Source: Octopus vulgaris
Lineage: Eukaryota
Assembly: GCA_951406725.2 (NCBI GenBank)
Contig: OX597838.1
Coordinates: 23,374,001-23,438,000 of the forward strand
Reading direction: 5' to 3'
Length of the DNA stretch: 64,000 nt
In this document: positions 22,488-36,463 of the stretch, piece after piece
How the letters are laid out: each line of letters starts with the position of its first letter
Numbering within the stretch: position 1 is the stretch's first letter
The notes under the pieces: model-generated
What the model saw: only the letters and a program-made list of their open reading frames with translations
Databases searched by the model: none
What the model was told of the DNA's origin: nothing
Position numbers and translations under genes: made by a program

Positions 22488-23366
22488 TATTGAACTTCAG
22501 ATAGAATAAAGTAAAATAAAGCTGTGAATAAGTGGTGCATAGATTATGAATTTTGATTGAAGGGATGGGGCCTTGAAATAAAAAAAGTTGCATGGAGGCC
22601 TCTAAAAGTCATGCGATGGAGCTGATTGCAAAGGGCCATCCCTGTCACATTCTGTGTCATACTGGATCTCCCTGAGAACTACGTTAAATGATGGTGGTGG
22701 TGGTGGTGGTGGTAGTGGTGTGTGTGTGTGTGTGTGTTTAAGAAAATATTCCCTCTGCACTGAATTCTCATCTACCTTTTAGATAGCGAGATTGAACTAG
22801 AAACTATAGCGCTGGGCCAACCAGAACCTCGAGAGTGGATTAGGTGGACAGAAACTGTGTGTTCATGCCTCCTTGTCTTGGCATTGTGTGTGTATGTGTG
22901 TGTGTGTCTGTGTGCGAGAGATCAAATGTAACCTTTTCATGACTGTATTTATTTTGAGATGCTCTGTGTTTCTTTCAATTACTTTAAATATAACAAAGAA
23001 TTTAGTAAAACAACTTAGTTATCATTAAGTTAGTGTTAGGAATATCAATTGTGATTAAGGTTTGGTGTAAGATTTTTTAATTCAAAACCTATGGAAACAA
23101 GACATTTGTACTCAGAGCCAGAAGCCGGTTTTAGCCGGGTTGGTAACAAAAGGGTTAAAGAAAACAAAAGACGATGACTGATGGGGGAACAACAAGCAAG
23201 TGTATTAATATGACACTCGGGAGGAATGGAAAAGATGTGTGTGGGGGGGGGGTGAATAAACACACAAGCTTCTTTCAGTTTCTCTCTACCGAATCCACTC
23301 ACAAGGCTTCGGTCGGCGCAGCGCTATAGTTTCGGGTTCAATTTCACCATCTTTTATCGTCTGTAG

Positions 23367-23466
23367 ATTTCTGAGGAGATTGATCACCAAATCAGAACAT
23401 TCTGGAAGCTTACTGGCCAGAAACCGACCCATATTGACGGACATCAACATATCCACGTAATCCCAG
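23367..23466 (+). CDS. YDJC: YdjC exon 3
   Basis: ISEEIDHQIRTFWKLTGQKPTHIDGHQHIHVIP, containing the P.H.DGHQH.H motif; acceptor CTGTAG, donor GTGAGC. Confidence 0.95.
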
Positions 23467-24399
23467 GTGAGCGCAGACAACTCTGCATTCATTTTACATT
23501 TCCCCCCAAATCTTTAAACCACCCAAGTTATCTCCCTTGCAGTAAGTGGTTGCTCAAGAAATTTGTTTCGCAACCGAGTGGTTATGGCTTTGATCCGACT
23601 ACGTGGCACCTCCTTCAATAGTTGCATTCTATCCTAGCCTCAGGTCGACAATTGGCTTGTGAGTGAAATTTGCTAGAGTGATACTGTAAGGGAGTCTGGC
23701 ATGTGTGTGTATATTTGGGTGCATGCATGCACATGTCCTAGTTATTGCATGCATGCATACATGACGAGCTTCTTTCAGTTTCCGTCTACCAAATCCACTC
23801 ACAAGGCTTTGGTTAGCCCAAGGCTATAGTAGAGGACACCTGCCCAAGGTGCCATGCAGTGGGGACTGAACCCGGAACCAGGTGGTTGGTAAGCAAGCTG
23901 CTTACCACACAGCCACTCCTGTGTCAATACTCTTTTACTTGTTTCAGTCATTTGACTGTGGCCATGCTGGAGCACCGCCTTTTTAGTCGAACAAATCGAC
24001 CCCAGGACTTATTTTTTGTAAGCCTAGTACTTATTCTATCGGTCTCTTTTGCCGAACCGCTAAGTTACGGGGACGTAAACACATCAGCATCAGTTGGCAA
24101 GCGATGTTGGGGGGACAAACACAGGCACACTAACATATACAGACACACATACATACATATATATATACATATATAGGACGGGCTTCTTTCAGTTTCCGTC
24201 TACCAAATCCACTCACAAGGCTTTGGTCAGCCCGAGGCTATAGTAGAAGACACTCACCCAAGGTGCTACGCAGTGGGACTGAACCCAGAACCATGTGGTT
24301 TGTAAGCAAGCTACTAACCACACAGCCACACTAAAAATATATCTCGAATATATCTCAATGAAATCATATATTTTTATTTTTACTTTTTGGTTTTGGTAG

Positions 24400-24577
24400 C
24401 TGTAATGAAGATTTTGGCCCCTCAGATGGTTTCAAATGCCATAGACATCACAAGAATCCCTCATGAACGACAACTAAACTCATGTCACTGGTTATCACAG
24501 ACATCAAGAAGCTTTTTTGAAAGTGTAATTGATGATGCCGTTGTATCTAAAGACATCTGCTTGAAAAATGGTATTCA
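24400..24577 (+). CDS. YDJC: YdjC exon 4
   Basis: (A)VMKILAPQMVSNAIDITRIPHE...CLKNGI; phases match the neighbouring exons; donor GTAAGT. Confidence 0.88.
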
Positions 24578-25877
24578 GTAAGTTTCCCTTAATATTTCTT
24601 TTCCTTTCTCATGCCGGTGACACATGAAAGACACCCGTGCTGGTGACATGCTAAAGGCACTCGTGCCGCGGACATGTTGAAGGCATCAGTGCAGGCGATG
24701 CATAAAAGGCATCCCGTACACTCTGTGAAGTGGTTGGCATTAGGAAGGGCATCTAGCCATAAAAAACAAACAAACCAAAACAAACTATTGCCTAGTGCAG
24801 TTCTCTGGCTTACCATCTCTAGTCTAATCCAGCACAGACAACAGGTGTTAGATGATGATGATGGATTTTTATAATCCCTTTTTGCTTATCTCAATGGATT
24901 ATCTGTTTAACCCCTTTTTTTATCATATTTCTGTTGAAATACAATAACTGTTTTTATAAATATTGAAAATACTGAAAAAATTTGAAGATAATTATATCAT
25001 ACACATCCCTGCTCACTGCTATATCAGGGCAGAGATGGCTATTTGCAAGTGTGAACCCTGTGAGTCAGAGTAGCATTCCAAGCACCTCTCTGGGGCAATG
25101 CCATTACCTTTTGGTCGTCTGGGACCATGAGGAGGGTTAACAAGCCTTTTAAAATATTACTTGTCTTGGGAAGAGTCATTTTATTTATTCTTTTACACTT
25201 TTACTTGTTTCATTCATTTGACTGTGGCCATGCTGGAGCCCTTCCTAATGCCAACCACTGCAAGTGTGTAACGATGCCTTTTACATATCACCAGCATTGG
25301 TGACTTTTACGTGTATGTGTGTCTTTGTGTTTGTCTCCCACCACTGCTTGACAACTGGTGTTGGTGTGTTTACATCCCCATAACTTATTGGTTTGGCAAA
25401 AGAGACCAATAGAACAAGTACCAGGTTTAAAAAAAAAAAACAAATGGTGGGGCCAATTAGTTTGACCAAAATTCCTCAAGGCAGTGCCCCAGCATGGCTG
25501 CAGCCTAATGACTGAAGCAAATAAAAGATAAAACTTGATCCATTTAGAGATGGTAGGGTTCATATTGGGTTCATATGGTAGGGTTCATATTGGGCCTGTA
25601 ACCAATCAGAAATCATTATCGTTAACTTCACATGTTAAGCAGACTCATTATTACTTTCAAATGTTTATTAGCACAAGGCCAGCAATTTCAGAGATGGAGG
25701 TAAGTTGATTACATCAACCCCAGTGCTCAGCTAGTACTTATTTTATTGTCCCCGGATGGGATGAAAGGCAAAGTTGACCTCAGCAGAATTTGAACTCATA
25801 ACATTAATACCAAAAGAAATTTCACTAAGCATTTTGTCCAGTGTGCTAATGAATCTGCCATCTTGTTGCCTTACAAA

Positions 25878-26180
25878 TCATCATCATCACCATCATCGTT
25901 TAACGTCCGTTTTCCATGCTAGCATGGGTTGGACGGTTCGACCGGGGTCTGGGAAGCCAGGAGGCTGCACCAGGCACCAGTCTGATCTGGCAGTGTTTCT
26001 ACAGCTGGATGCCCTTCCTAACGCCAACCACTCCATGAGTGTAGTGGGTGCTTTTTACGTGCCACCGGCACAGGGGCCAGAGGTGACTGGCAAACGGCCA
26101 CAATCAGTTGGTGCTTTTACGTGTCACCGACACAGATGCCAGTCAGGTGGCGCTGGCATCTGCCACATTCGACAGTGCTT
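25878..26180 (-). mobile_element. SINE-like family D with (ATG)n tail; other copies near 3430, 19283(+), 29309, 45442, 55015, 60111
   Basis: Shared ggcgttaggaagggcatccagctgtagaaac core and gcatggaaagcggacgttaaacgatgatg tail. Confidence 0.75.
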
Positions 26181-26628
26181 TTCTTTTAACGTTTTTTAAT
26201 GTTTTTAATAGTGGTTCAAATTTTAATGCAAGACCGGCAAGTTCAGGGGACCAGGTAAGTCAGTTACATTGATCCCAGGGTCAACTAACCAACACTTATT
26301 TTATAGAACCTGAAGTGATGAAAGGTGAAGTCAACTTAGCGTTATTTGGGAGAAAAAGGAAAAAAATAGCATCCAGTCCACAGTTTTAAAGTGGTTGGCA
26401 TTTGGAAGGGCATCCAGTTGTAAAGAACATGCCAAAAAACTGACCACACCTGTGCAGGTGCCACATAATAAAAAGCACTCAGTCCACTCTGCCGAGTGGC
26501 AGGTGTTAAAAAGAGCATCCAGCCATAAAAAGCCCTGCCAAAACAGACACCGAAGTCTGGTGCGGTCTTCTGCCTGGCCAGCTCCTGTGAAACCAACCAG
26601 CCCATGCCAGCACGGAAGGGGATGTTAA

Positions 26629-26734
26629 ATGATGATGATGATGATGATGAGGATGGTGATGATGATATGATGATGTGGATGATGATGATGATGATGAGGA
26701 TGATGATGATGATATGATGATGTGGATGATGATG

Positions 26735-26780
<46 letters not shown>

Positions 26781-26926
26781 CGATGATGATGATGATGACG
26801 ATGACTATGATGATGATGGTAATGATGATGATGATGGTGATGATGATGACGACGACGATGATGACGACGACGATGATGATGATGATAATGATGATGACGA
26901 TGATGACGACGACGATGATCATGACT

Positions 26927-26960
<34 letters not shown>

Positions 26961-26985
26961 GGATGAGGAGGAGGAGGAGGAGGAG
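26629..26985. repeat. Long (GAT)n/(GAC)n/(GAG)n microsatellite
   Basis: About 350 bp of near-pure trinucleotide repeat at the tail of a family-D element. Confidence 0.95.
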
Positions 26986-27139
26986 CGTAAAGATGGACAA
27001 AATGCCGCTAAGTATTTTACCCATCATACTGACAATTCTGCCAGTTCACTGCCCTAATGTAGATTCATTATCATTAAAAGAAAACACCGGCTGAAATGTC
27101 GGAGTGCACATTGGGCTCACACAGCCAGTCAATTTTATG

Positions 27140-27553
27140 GGCAGACACCCATAAAATTATCAACCATCGCACAAACAATAACTCTGAGCACCTCTTCAAA
27201 CTCCACCCATCTAACACCCGTGGACATATTTACAAAGTAAGAAAACAGCACTGCTCCCATGACTTCAGGAAACATTTTTTCACGCTGAGAGTTGCTGAAG
27301 CATGGAACAAACTGCTGGCGTTGGTTGTTAGTTGTCGGAGCACTGCATCCTTCAAGGCTTCCATGCTTCCTGAGATTCGCCAACACTACACTTGATTTTC
27401 TCCCCTCCATGCACACACGGGCATGTATCTGACTCATACATTGTTCGCTTTCCAGACATTTCTACATTACTGCATGTACTTTATATGCACTTTCTGACAA
27501 GCTGTGGTGCACCTGAGCACTGTATACAATAATTTCATTATTATTATTATTAT
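27140..27553 (+). mobile_element. CR1-like LINE, 5'-truncated 3' end
   Basis: NTRGHIYKV...FRKHFFTLRVAEAWNKL; (ATT)n tail. Confidence 0.8.
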
Positions 27554-28115
27554 TTTATTTTAATCCATTGATCAAACAAACGAGACAGATTCGACATATT
27601 TCTTTTTCTGGTAGGGAGTGTTTATAGTTTAGTCTATTATAGAGAAGTGTAGGAAGGAAATGGTAATATGTTACAAGAGATAAAAGCTGACATCCAGCAT
27701 TTCTTGTCAATAATGGTCCATTGTTATTAGTTGACAAAGGACAGGAAAGACATGAGATCAAATCTAGATGCTGGCATAAGTGCTGATATTAAAAGAAGAT
27801 GCTTTAGTGTAGATTAAGTGGATGATAGGATGATGGGAGCTCATGCAAACACACACACACACGCACATATGTCTGTGGATGTGTCCATACACAGACATAT
27901 GCTTATAGAATGGAAGTTAAAAATAGTTTGAAACAGACTTTATGTCGTATAGGAAAACTAGGCGTGGCTGTGTGGTAAGTACTAGGCTTGCAAAGAATAA
28001 GTTCTTGGGTCAAATTTTTCGACTAAAGGTGGTGCTCCAGCGTGGCCACAGTCAAAATGACTGAAACAAATAAAAGAATAAAAGGAAGAAAAAAAAGAAT
28101 AAAGATGAGATTTAA

Positions 28116-28335
28116 CCCTTTAGTGTTCAGATTACTCTGTTAAAATGTAATACTTTTTCACTCAAATTGTTTTGAAAAATCAGGCATTATTTTATAGCTT
28201 TGAGGTTTCAATGATGTGATTGTTTATTTTTAGAATGTCAGTGTAGGTTAGGTGTGAGAGGCTAGATATGGCCAGTTTGAATATAAAACATGTGGAATAT
28301 CTGGGCCAGATATGGCCGGTTTAAACACTAAAGGG
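28116..28335. mobile_element. piggyBac-like MITE; related copies near 32386-32612, 43517-43962, 59783-60004
   Basis: TTAA|CCCTTTAG...CTAAAGGG|TTAA. Confidence 0.75.
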
Positions 28336-30505
28336 TTAAGATATGAGAGAAGAGGATTGTTGCAGAGGAGCTACATGATAACTTACAAAACAAACTGATG
28401 GAAAATATTGCCCTTTCAATTGGAAAAAGATGACCTGTGCCACCTCAACCTTTGGGTGATTCTGTTATGTTTTCTGCTCGTTGCTCTTTCATTACCAACC
28501 CGGCTGAAACCAACTCTGGCTCTGAGTACAAATGTCTTGTTTTCAAAAGTCCTGAATTAAAATCTTCCACGAAACCTTTGTCACAATTTATGTTCCTAAC
28601 ACTAGCTTAATGATAACTAAGATATTTTACTAAATACTTTGTTATATAGGTGTATGAGTGGCTGTGTGGTAAGTAGCTTGCTTACGAACCACATGATTCC
28701 AGGTTCAGTCCCACTGCATGGCACCTTGGGCAAGTGTCTCCTACTGTAGCTTTGGGCCGACCAAAGCCTTGTGAGTGGATTTGGTAGACAGAAACTGAAA
28801 GAAGCCTATCACATATACATATATATATATATATATATGTGTGTGTATGTGTTTGTGTGTCTATGTTTGTCACCCCAACATTGCTTGACAACCGATGCTG
28901 GTGTGTTTACGTCCCTGTAACTTAGCTGTTCGGCAAAAGAGAACGACAGAATAAGTACTGGGCTTGCAAAGAATATGTCCTGGGGTCGATTTGCTCGACT
29001 AAAGGCGGTGCTCCAGCATGGCCACAGTCAAATGACTGAAACAAGCAAAAGAGTAAAGAGTATATTTAAAGTAACTGAAAGAAACACAGAGCATCTCGAA
29101 ATGAATAAAGTAGCAAAAGGGTTAATCCAGCCCATTGTGATGACAGTCATTTCGTTTTGACATTGTAGTCATATTCCCGTGTGTTGTTAGCTGTTATGAC
29201 ACTTTACAGACTGGTGTCATTATCGCATGAACTATTAAACAATGCCTGAATCAACGGTTGTCACTCAGTATTCTGTTTGAACAACAGTCAGCAAATTTTG
29301 TGACAGTATCATCATCATCATCATCATCATCATTTAGCGTCCGCTTTCCATGCCTAGCATGGGTTGGACGGTTCAACTGGGGTCTGGGAAGCCAGAAGGC
29401 TGCACCAGGCCCAGTCTGATCTGGCAATGTTTCTACGGCTGGATGCCCTTCCTAACGCCAACCACTCCGTGAGTGTAGTGAGTGCTTTTTACGTGCCACT
29501 GGCACGGGTGCCAGGGCCACGATCACAAATGGTCAGGAGGCAATTTTCAAAGATCTCAATAAGCACTTTTACAATGTGATTTTAATCCATCATTTTGGAA
29601 CATCATCCAGATTTGGAATTGTTTTCAGTGGATATTCTGATAAACCTGCTAAAATATCAAAATCTGCTGAAATATAGAATAGAGACTGTCAGAATGATGT
29701 GGTCGCTTCTGATAAGAACCCAATAAAATTCGAAAATCGATTAAGGTTGTTCATCATTTTAGGTGTAGGAGTGGCTGTGTGGTAAGTAGCTTGCTTATGA
29801 ACTACATGGTTCCGGGTTCAGTCCTACTGTGTGGTACTTTGGGCAAGTGTGTTCTACTATAGCCTTGGGCCAACCAAAGCCTTGTGAGTGAATTTGGTAG
29901 ACAGAAACTGAAAGAAGCCCATCGTATGTATATATATATATATGTATGTGTGTGTGCATATGTTTGTGTGTCTGTGTTTGTTCCCCTAACAGTGCTTAAC
30001 AACTGATGCTGGTTTGTTTAGTTCTCGTAACTTAGCGGTTCGGCAAAATGACACCAATAGAATAAGTACGAGGCTTACAAAGAATAAGTCCTGGAGTTGA
30101 TGTGCTCGACTAAAGGTGGTGCTCCAGCATGGCCACAGTCAAATGACTGAAACAAGTAAAAGAGTATATAAGGCGCATGACTCAGTGGTTAAGGTGTTGC
30201 ACTCACGATTGCGAGATTGTGGGTTCGATTCCTAGACCGGGTGTAGCGTTGTGTTCTTGAGCAAAGCACTTCATTTCACATTGCTCTGCAGTCATTTCGT
30301 CATCTGACATGTGGCACCCATTGCACCTGGTGGCACATAAAGACACAAAGATGCCACTAAGCATTTTCAGGAAAACTTATTTTTTCAACGAATTTCAGTT
30401 ATCAGATGATTTATATTCTTAATAATTAAATATCAGTCGGGGTGGATGAGAAATATAGCCGGTGGTCAGAAGTAAGGTCCGAGAAAATAACATTCTTCCA
30501 CTGCT

Positions 30506-31106
30506 CTAGGGACCAATTCTGTAGGCTTTTACTCCACACAAAATACTTTGTAATGTTTGTTTTTGAAAGTAGTGGTTTTCTGATTGCAGCCCTCCTGTGA
30601 AATGTGGCTTTGTGCAGCTCCCGGCGAACAGTTTTTGTGGAAGCTGGGTTCTTGAGGTGGTTATTAAGCTCTGCAGTAATTTTGGGAGCTGTACTTTTGT
30701 GATCCTTTCTAACGATTCAAGTAAGAGTTTGAGAGTCCCTATCTGAAAGTTTTGGTTTTCTTCTGGAGTTTTGTTCCGACAAGGAAGTTTTTCTCTGTTT
30801 CTCAAAGGCTGTCATTACTTTTGAGACAGTACTTCTTGATACACCAAACATTTCGGCTGTTTTCGTTACGCTAGCACCTGCCATAGGAGCACCAACAATT
30901 TGACCTCTTTGAAAGTCCGATAGATCTGTCATCTTACTGAATTTTAATTACCTTTTTCATATGATATCTGAAAAGAAACAGCAATTTTAGCAAAACATAT
31001 TAAGCAACACTATTAATAAATCAAAAAACATAAAAATAAACAAGCTCTTGAAGGTTTTATAGATATTTCAAAATTATGATGCTATGATTATTTTGTCCAA
31101 CCCCTG
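30506..31106 (-). mobile_element. Tc1-like transposon 5' fragment (TIR plus paired-like HTH)
   Basis: TA|CAGGGGTTGGACAAAATAAT terminus; MTDLSDFQRGQIVG..AGASVTKTAEMFGVSRSTVSKV..RKPKLSDRD. Confidence 0.85.
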
Positions 31107-32088
31107 TAGATCAATTATTAATTGACATAGCATGCACGTACACACACACATATGTTGACTTTAGTGTATGTAGATCAATAATTAACTGACATTGCTTGGT
31201 GTGGCTTGTATTAGACTAATGATAAAGGTCATCAATATACAACTGTGCAGTTGCAAGCATGCTATAGCAGATGGTTAATATGCTGTTTTGAAATGTCTGC
31301 TTCCTTTGCAACAGACTTCGAACAGTATGGTCAGTCCATCACCAAAACAATAAACTTTGTTGTGTTCTCCTCCTGAGTGCCTTAAACACACATCTCTATT
31401 ACTCTTTTACTCATTTCAGTCATTTGACTGTGGCCATGCTGGAGCACCGCCTTTTTAGTCGAACAAATCGACACCAGATCTTATTTTTTGTAAGCCTAGT
31501 ACTTATTCTATCGGACTCTTTTTTGCCGAATTGCTAATTGATGGGGGATGTAAACACACCAACATCGGTTGTCAAGCGATAGTGGCGGGGGGGGGGGGGA
31601 CAAACGCAAACACAAAATACATACATACATATATATATATGTATATATATATACACGACAGGCTTCTTTCAGTTTCCGTCTACCAAATCTACTCACAAGG
31701 CTTTGGTCAGCCCGAGGCTATAGTAGAAGACACTTGCCCAAGGTGCCACACAGTGGGACTGAACCTGGAACCATGTGGTTGGTAAGCAAGCTTCTTACCA
31801 CACAGCCACATTATTTTATTAAATTATTCTGTCAAAATTTATACTTATTTTTTTCTCATTGTTTTGAATTAATCATGCATTATCTAGTAACATTGGGATT
31901 TTGATGATGGGATTCTCTTTTGCTCTTTTATTTGTTTCAGTCATTTAGTCGAGCAAATCGACCCCAGGACTTATTCTTTGTAAGCCTAGTACATATTCTA
32001 TCAGGCTCTTTTGCCAAACCACTAAGTTACAGGGACGTAAACACACCAGCATTGGTTGTCAAGTGATGTGGGGGGATCAAAAACACAG

Positions 32089-32145
<57 letters not shown>

Positions 32146-32752
32146 TACGATGGGCTTCTTTCAGTTTCCATCTACCAAATCCACTCACAAGGCTTTGGTC
32201 AGCTTGAGGCTATAGTAGAAGACACTCACCCAAAGTGCCACGCAGTGGGACTGAACCCGGAACCATGTGGTTCATAAGCAAGCTACTTACCACACAGCCA
32301 CACCTACACCTTATCTTGTAACTTTGAGACTGTTTATTTTTAGAATGACATTGTAAGGTAGGTGTGAGTGGCCAAATTAGGCCAGTTAAACCCTTTAGCA
32401 TTCAGATTACTCTGGTCAAAAGTAATGCTTATTTATTCACATTGCTTTGAATTAATCATGCATTATCTCGTAACTTTGAGATTTTGATGAGGTAACTTAA
32501 TTTTTAGAATGATATTGTCAGGTTGGTGTGAGAGGCCAGATCTGGCCAGTTTGAACATAAGACAGGAAGAATATTTTGGCTGGATATGGCTGGTTCAAAT
32601 GCTAAAGGTTCAATGGGTAATCTAGCTAAATCTTGGCAGTGTTAGTAAAGTATATTCTAGTCATATCCTGGGGCCAATTCATTTGACTACATCCTTCCCC
32701 TAATAATTTTATGATGCTGTGGTTATTTAGACATTTGGTATTTATTTTCATA

Positions 32753-33070
32753 AAACAGTAGCTGCAACACATCGTGATGTATATTTTTTTTATAGTTGTT
32801 CATCATTATTATTATTATTACTATTCTGTTTTGTCTGGGGAGAGTCATTTTCTTTTTGTGCCTTATAATTTAACGCACTCACTCGTAGAATTTCCACTTA
32901 TTTCATATTTTTATTTTCCTAAAATTTTCGTAGCGTCTTGCAACCTTTTCAATAATCTTGATTCTCTTAGTGTTTGTACTGAGAGTCAAGACTATTGAAA
33001 AGGTTGCAAGACACAACGAAAATTTTAGGAAAATAAAAATGAGGAATAAGTGGAAATTTTACTGGTGTGT
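32753..33070. repeat. Palindromic repeat, left member of an inverted pair (partner 34663-35045)
   Basis: Internal hairpin ttttcctaaaattttcg...cgaaaattttaggaaaa; the whole segment is the reverse complement of about 34720-35045. Confidence 0.9.
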
Positions 33071-33118
33071 TTAATGAAATCTTTTTCCCACTAAAAAATT
33101 TTTTTTTTTATTTTACAG

Positions 33119-33446
33119 TTTTTCAGATGCATTTCTTGGTCTGAGTACCATGGGAACCAATATGAGTATCAGAAACCTCCAGGAAAGAATTTGCACGGTG
33201 TTGGCTATGTGGAAGGAAAAACAGCCAAAGAATGCTGGAAGCACCACCGTGATGCCATGGTTATGTGAGTTGATGGTACATCCTGGTTATGTCACTGGCA
33301 ACATTGGAGGCTGTGGGATAGGTCCTGACGAATTTTCTCAGTCAAATGAACGACAACATGAAATGGAAATTCTAAAAGAGATGGCATTAATGAATTTTTA
33401 CCAAAAACATAGCATAGAACTGACATCTTTTAAAACCCTTTTTTAA
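33119..33446 (+). CDS. YDJC: YdjC exon 5 (terminal)
   Basis: FSDAFLGLSTMG..MS...CELMVHPGY...GGCGIGPDEFSQSNERQHEMEIL; the five exons total 942 nt = 313 aa plus stop. Confidence 0.95.
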
Positions 33447-34243
33447 TAATAATAATGATAATGATTCATTTTATTTTTTATTGCCAACAGGGTTCGTTCA
33501 TCTGTACAAAAAAAACGTAGAATGTACAAAGTTTTATAAAACCAAGGAATGGGGCAAAGACATAAAATATACAAAAAGGAATTAAATTTTTATTTTTTTA
33601 ACATACACGAACAGAATGGCTGTGTGGTAAAAAGTTTGCTTCCCAATTACGTAGTTCTGGGTTCAGTCCCACTGCATGGCAGCTTAGACAGTTGGGCAAG
33701 TGTCTCCTACTATAGGACGTTGTATATATGTGTGTTTGTGTTTGTGTGTGCGCATGTGTGTGCATGTGTCTTTGCATCCATGTTTGCCCTCCACCACTGC
33801 TTGACAAACTGGTGTTGGTGTGTTTACGTTCCTGTAACTTAACAGTTTGGCAAAAGAGACCGATAGAATAAGTATCAAGCTTGGAAACACAAAATAAGTC
33901 CCGAGGTCGATTTATTTGGCTAAAATCCACCAAAGCAGTGCTCCAGCCTGGCCACAGTTTAATAACTGAAACAAGTAAAAGATAAAGATAGTATGATACA
34001 TTCATCAAAACAGAATTCACTTCATGGTTTCTGTATTAATTTCAAATTTTGGCACAAGGCCAGCAATTTGGGGGAGAGTGTGAGACGATTACATCAACCC
34101 CAGTACTCTACTGGTACTTATTTTATTGACCCCCAAAAGGATGAAAGGCAAAGTTGACTTCGAAACAGTTTGAGCTCAGAACGTAATGACTGTTGAAGTG
34201 CCGTTAAGCATTTTGCTAACCAGCTCACCACCTTAATAATAAT

Positions 34244-34274
<31 letters not shown>

Positions 34275-34662
34275 TTAATAATAATAATAATATTAATAAT
34301 AATAATGATAAAAATAATAATGATAATAATAATATTAATAATAATAATAATGATAAATTTTTCTACTAAATGCACAAGGCCTGAAATTTTGGGGGATGGG
34401 ACTAATCGATTACATTGACCACAGTGTTTCACTGGTATTTAATTTATCGACCATGAAAGGATGAAAGGCAAAGTCGACCTCAGTGGAATTTGAACTCGGA
34501 ACCCACAAAAGGATGAAATGCTGCTAAGCATTTTGCTTGGAATGCTAATGATTCTGCCAGATTGCTGCCTTAATAATAATAATAATAATAATAATGATAA
34601 TAATATTTCGTTTTGGGATTTGGTTTGCAAGATTCTTTATGTGAGTTTGTGTGTGGAAGCAT

Positions 34663-35045
34663 ATTCTGTTGTGTCTGGGGAGAGTCATTCTCTTTTTGTG
34701 CCTTATAATGTAACACACACACCAGTGAAATTTCCACTTATTCCTCATTTTTATTTTCCTAAAATTTTTGTTGTGTCTTGCAACCATTTCAATAGTCTTG
34801 ACTCTCAGTACAAACACTAAGAGAATCAAGACTCTTGAAAAGGTTGCAAGACGCTACGAAAATTTTAGGAAAATAAAAATATGAATTAAGTGGAAATTTT
34901 ACGGGTGAGTGTGTTAAATTATAAGGCACAAAAAGAAAATTACTGTTCCCAATCACAACAGAATAGTAATAATAATAATAATGATAATAATAATGATGAA
35001 CAACTATAAAAAAATATACGTCACGATGTGTTGCAGCTACTGTTT
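34663..35045. repeat. Palindromic repeat, right member of the inverted pair
   Basis: Mirror of 32753-33070 including the non-palindromic flank gatgtgttgcagctactgttt. Confidence 0.9.
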
Positions 35046-35760
35046 ATAACTCGCTCTAAGATTTATTGTTGCTTGATTACACCTTTTCAATATCAGTGTC
35101 TTTACGATACTGGAAAAAGTATATGTGTTTGTGAAGGGAACCTACTTGTCATCGACAAATGTGATTGTCACATGCCAATGACGGGTCAATACTCAGAAAC
35201 TCGAGTCCATGTGTATCATAAGTTGGAGACGGGAAGGATGGCTTCCCTTTGCAAATACTGATAGGGCACAGAAAGTGTGTCTATAGCCAGCTGGAGGAGG
35301 TGTCCTCCTGGGACTACAAACTACAGTAGCATCCACCCTTAGGGGTTAGCCATATTTAAATGGCAAATATACGTCACAATGGAAACAGGCCCTAACAGCA
35401 AATGCAGAATATGCAACCAGCAGAAAATTGGCCACATCATCTCTGGCTGTCCAGTCCTTGAGGTTTTGCTAGCAGAATTTCCTTTCGGAATTTCTTCATT
35501 TAAAACATTAACTGACCGTGACTCTTTCATCCCTCCAGTTGTAGACTGGTTACGTGCTTCTGGCCATTTGAGTCTGACAAGTCACCAATATTGCTAAGTG
35601 CTTTACAGACACGAAACCAATGGTCATACTCTGACTGGCCATAACAAACCACCTTCTAAATACATATGTGTATGTGTGTATGCATGTGTCCCCACTGCTT
35701 GACAATTTGTGTTGGTTTGTTTACGTCCCCTTAACTTAGTGGTTCGACAAGAGAACTGAT

Positions 35761-36203
35761 CAGTTTGTTGTACAATTTTGCAGCAATTGACATTAGAGAT
35801 ATACCCCTGTAGTTGGTGACGGAGGGATAAATCGCCTTTTTTGGGGTATTGGGATGATTTGAGATTGGTGCCAAATCTTTGGAGTTACAAAAGTGGAAAG
35901 TGTGTGGTTGCAAAGGTTGAGCAAAAGTGTGTGAAATCTATTATCCTTCCAAATTGTGAAAGGTAGGAGAGTCCAGTTTGCTGGACATTGTTGTAGAGCT
36001 GAAAACGAGGCAATTTCTACTCTTCTCCTCTGGAAGCCATCTACTTGCAATACCAGAGGGCGCACACTCTCCTACCCTGATGTAATCTCCAGGGATACAG
36101 GCATCGAGCAACAGGACCTCCGTAATGCTATGATGGACCGTGAAGTCTGGCGTAGCATGGTAAATTCCATTGTCTCGACCGTGGTCGAACAATGATGGTG
36201 ATG
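35761..36203 (+). mobile_element. 5'-inverted, internally deleted RTE/RTEX-type LINE insertion inside a SINE
   Basis: TSD AGAGAACTGAT (35750-35760, 36204-36214); minus-strand RT piece NYRGISLMSIAAKLYNKLI joined to plus-strand 3' end GRRVQFAGHCCR...EQ* with an (ATG)-type tail. Confidence 0.88.
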
Positions 36204-36463
36204 AGAGAACTGATAGAATAAGTGTCAGGATTAAAAATAAAAGTACTGGGGTCGATTTGTTAGACTAAACCCTTCAAAGCAGTGTCTAGGCATGGCCACA
36301 GTCCAATGACTGAAACAAGTAGCAGATAAAAAGGTTCATATAATGAAGTTCTGTATTCATATCCCATTGAAATCCTCTTTGCTTTTCATCCTCATAAAGA
36401 GGATAAAAAATAAAGAAGCAGTAAGGTGCAGACATCGATTTAATAGCCTGTATCCCTATCCCC

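Noticed and set aside
26506-27094. Poly-Met, poly-Asp and poly-Ile ORFs
   Set aside because: Translations of an intronic (GAT)n microsatellite at a SINE tail
14833-33446. Horizontal transfer of bacterial chbG
   Set aside because: Five-exon gene with motifs close to animal YDJC (GGCG.GPD.FS); ordinary vertical ortholog
35370-35470. CRICNQQKIGHIISGCPVL zinc-finger-like peptide
   Set aside because: Short remnant resembling the CCHC motif of restriction-endonuclease-type LINEs, not a host exon
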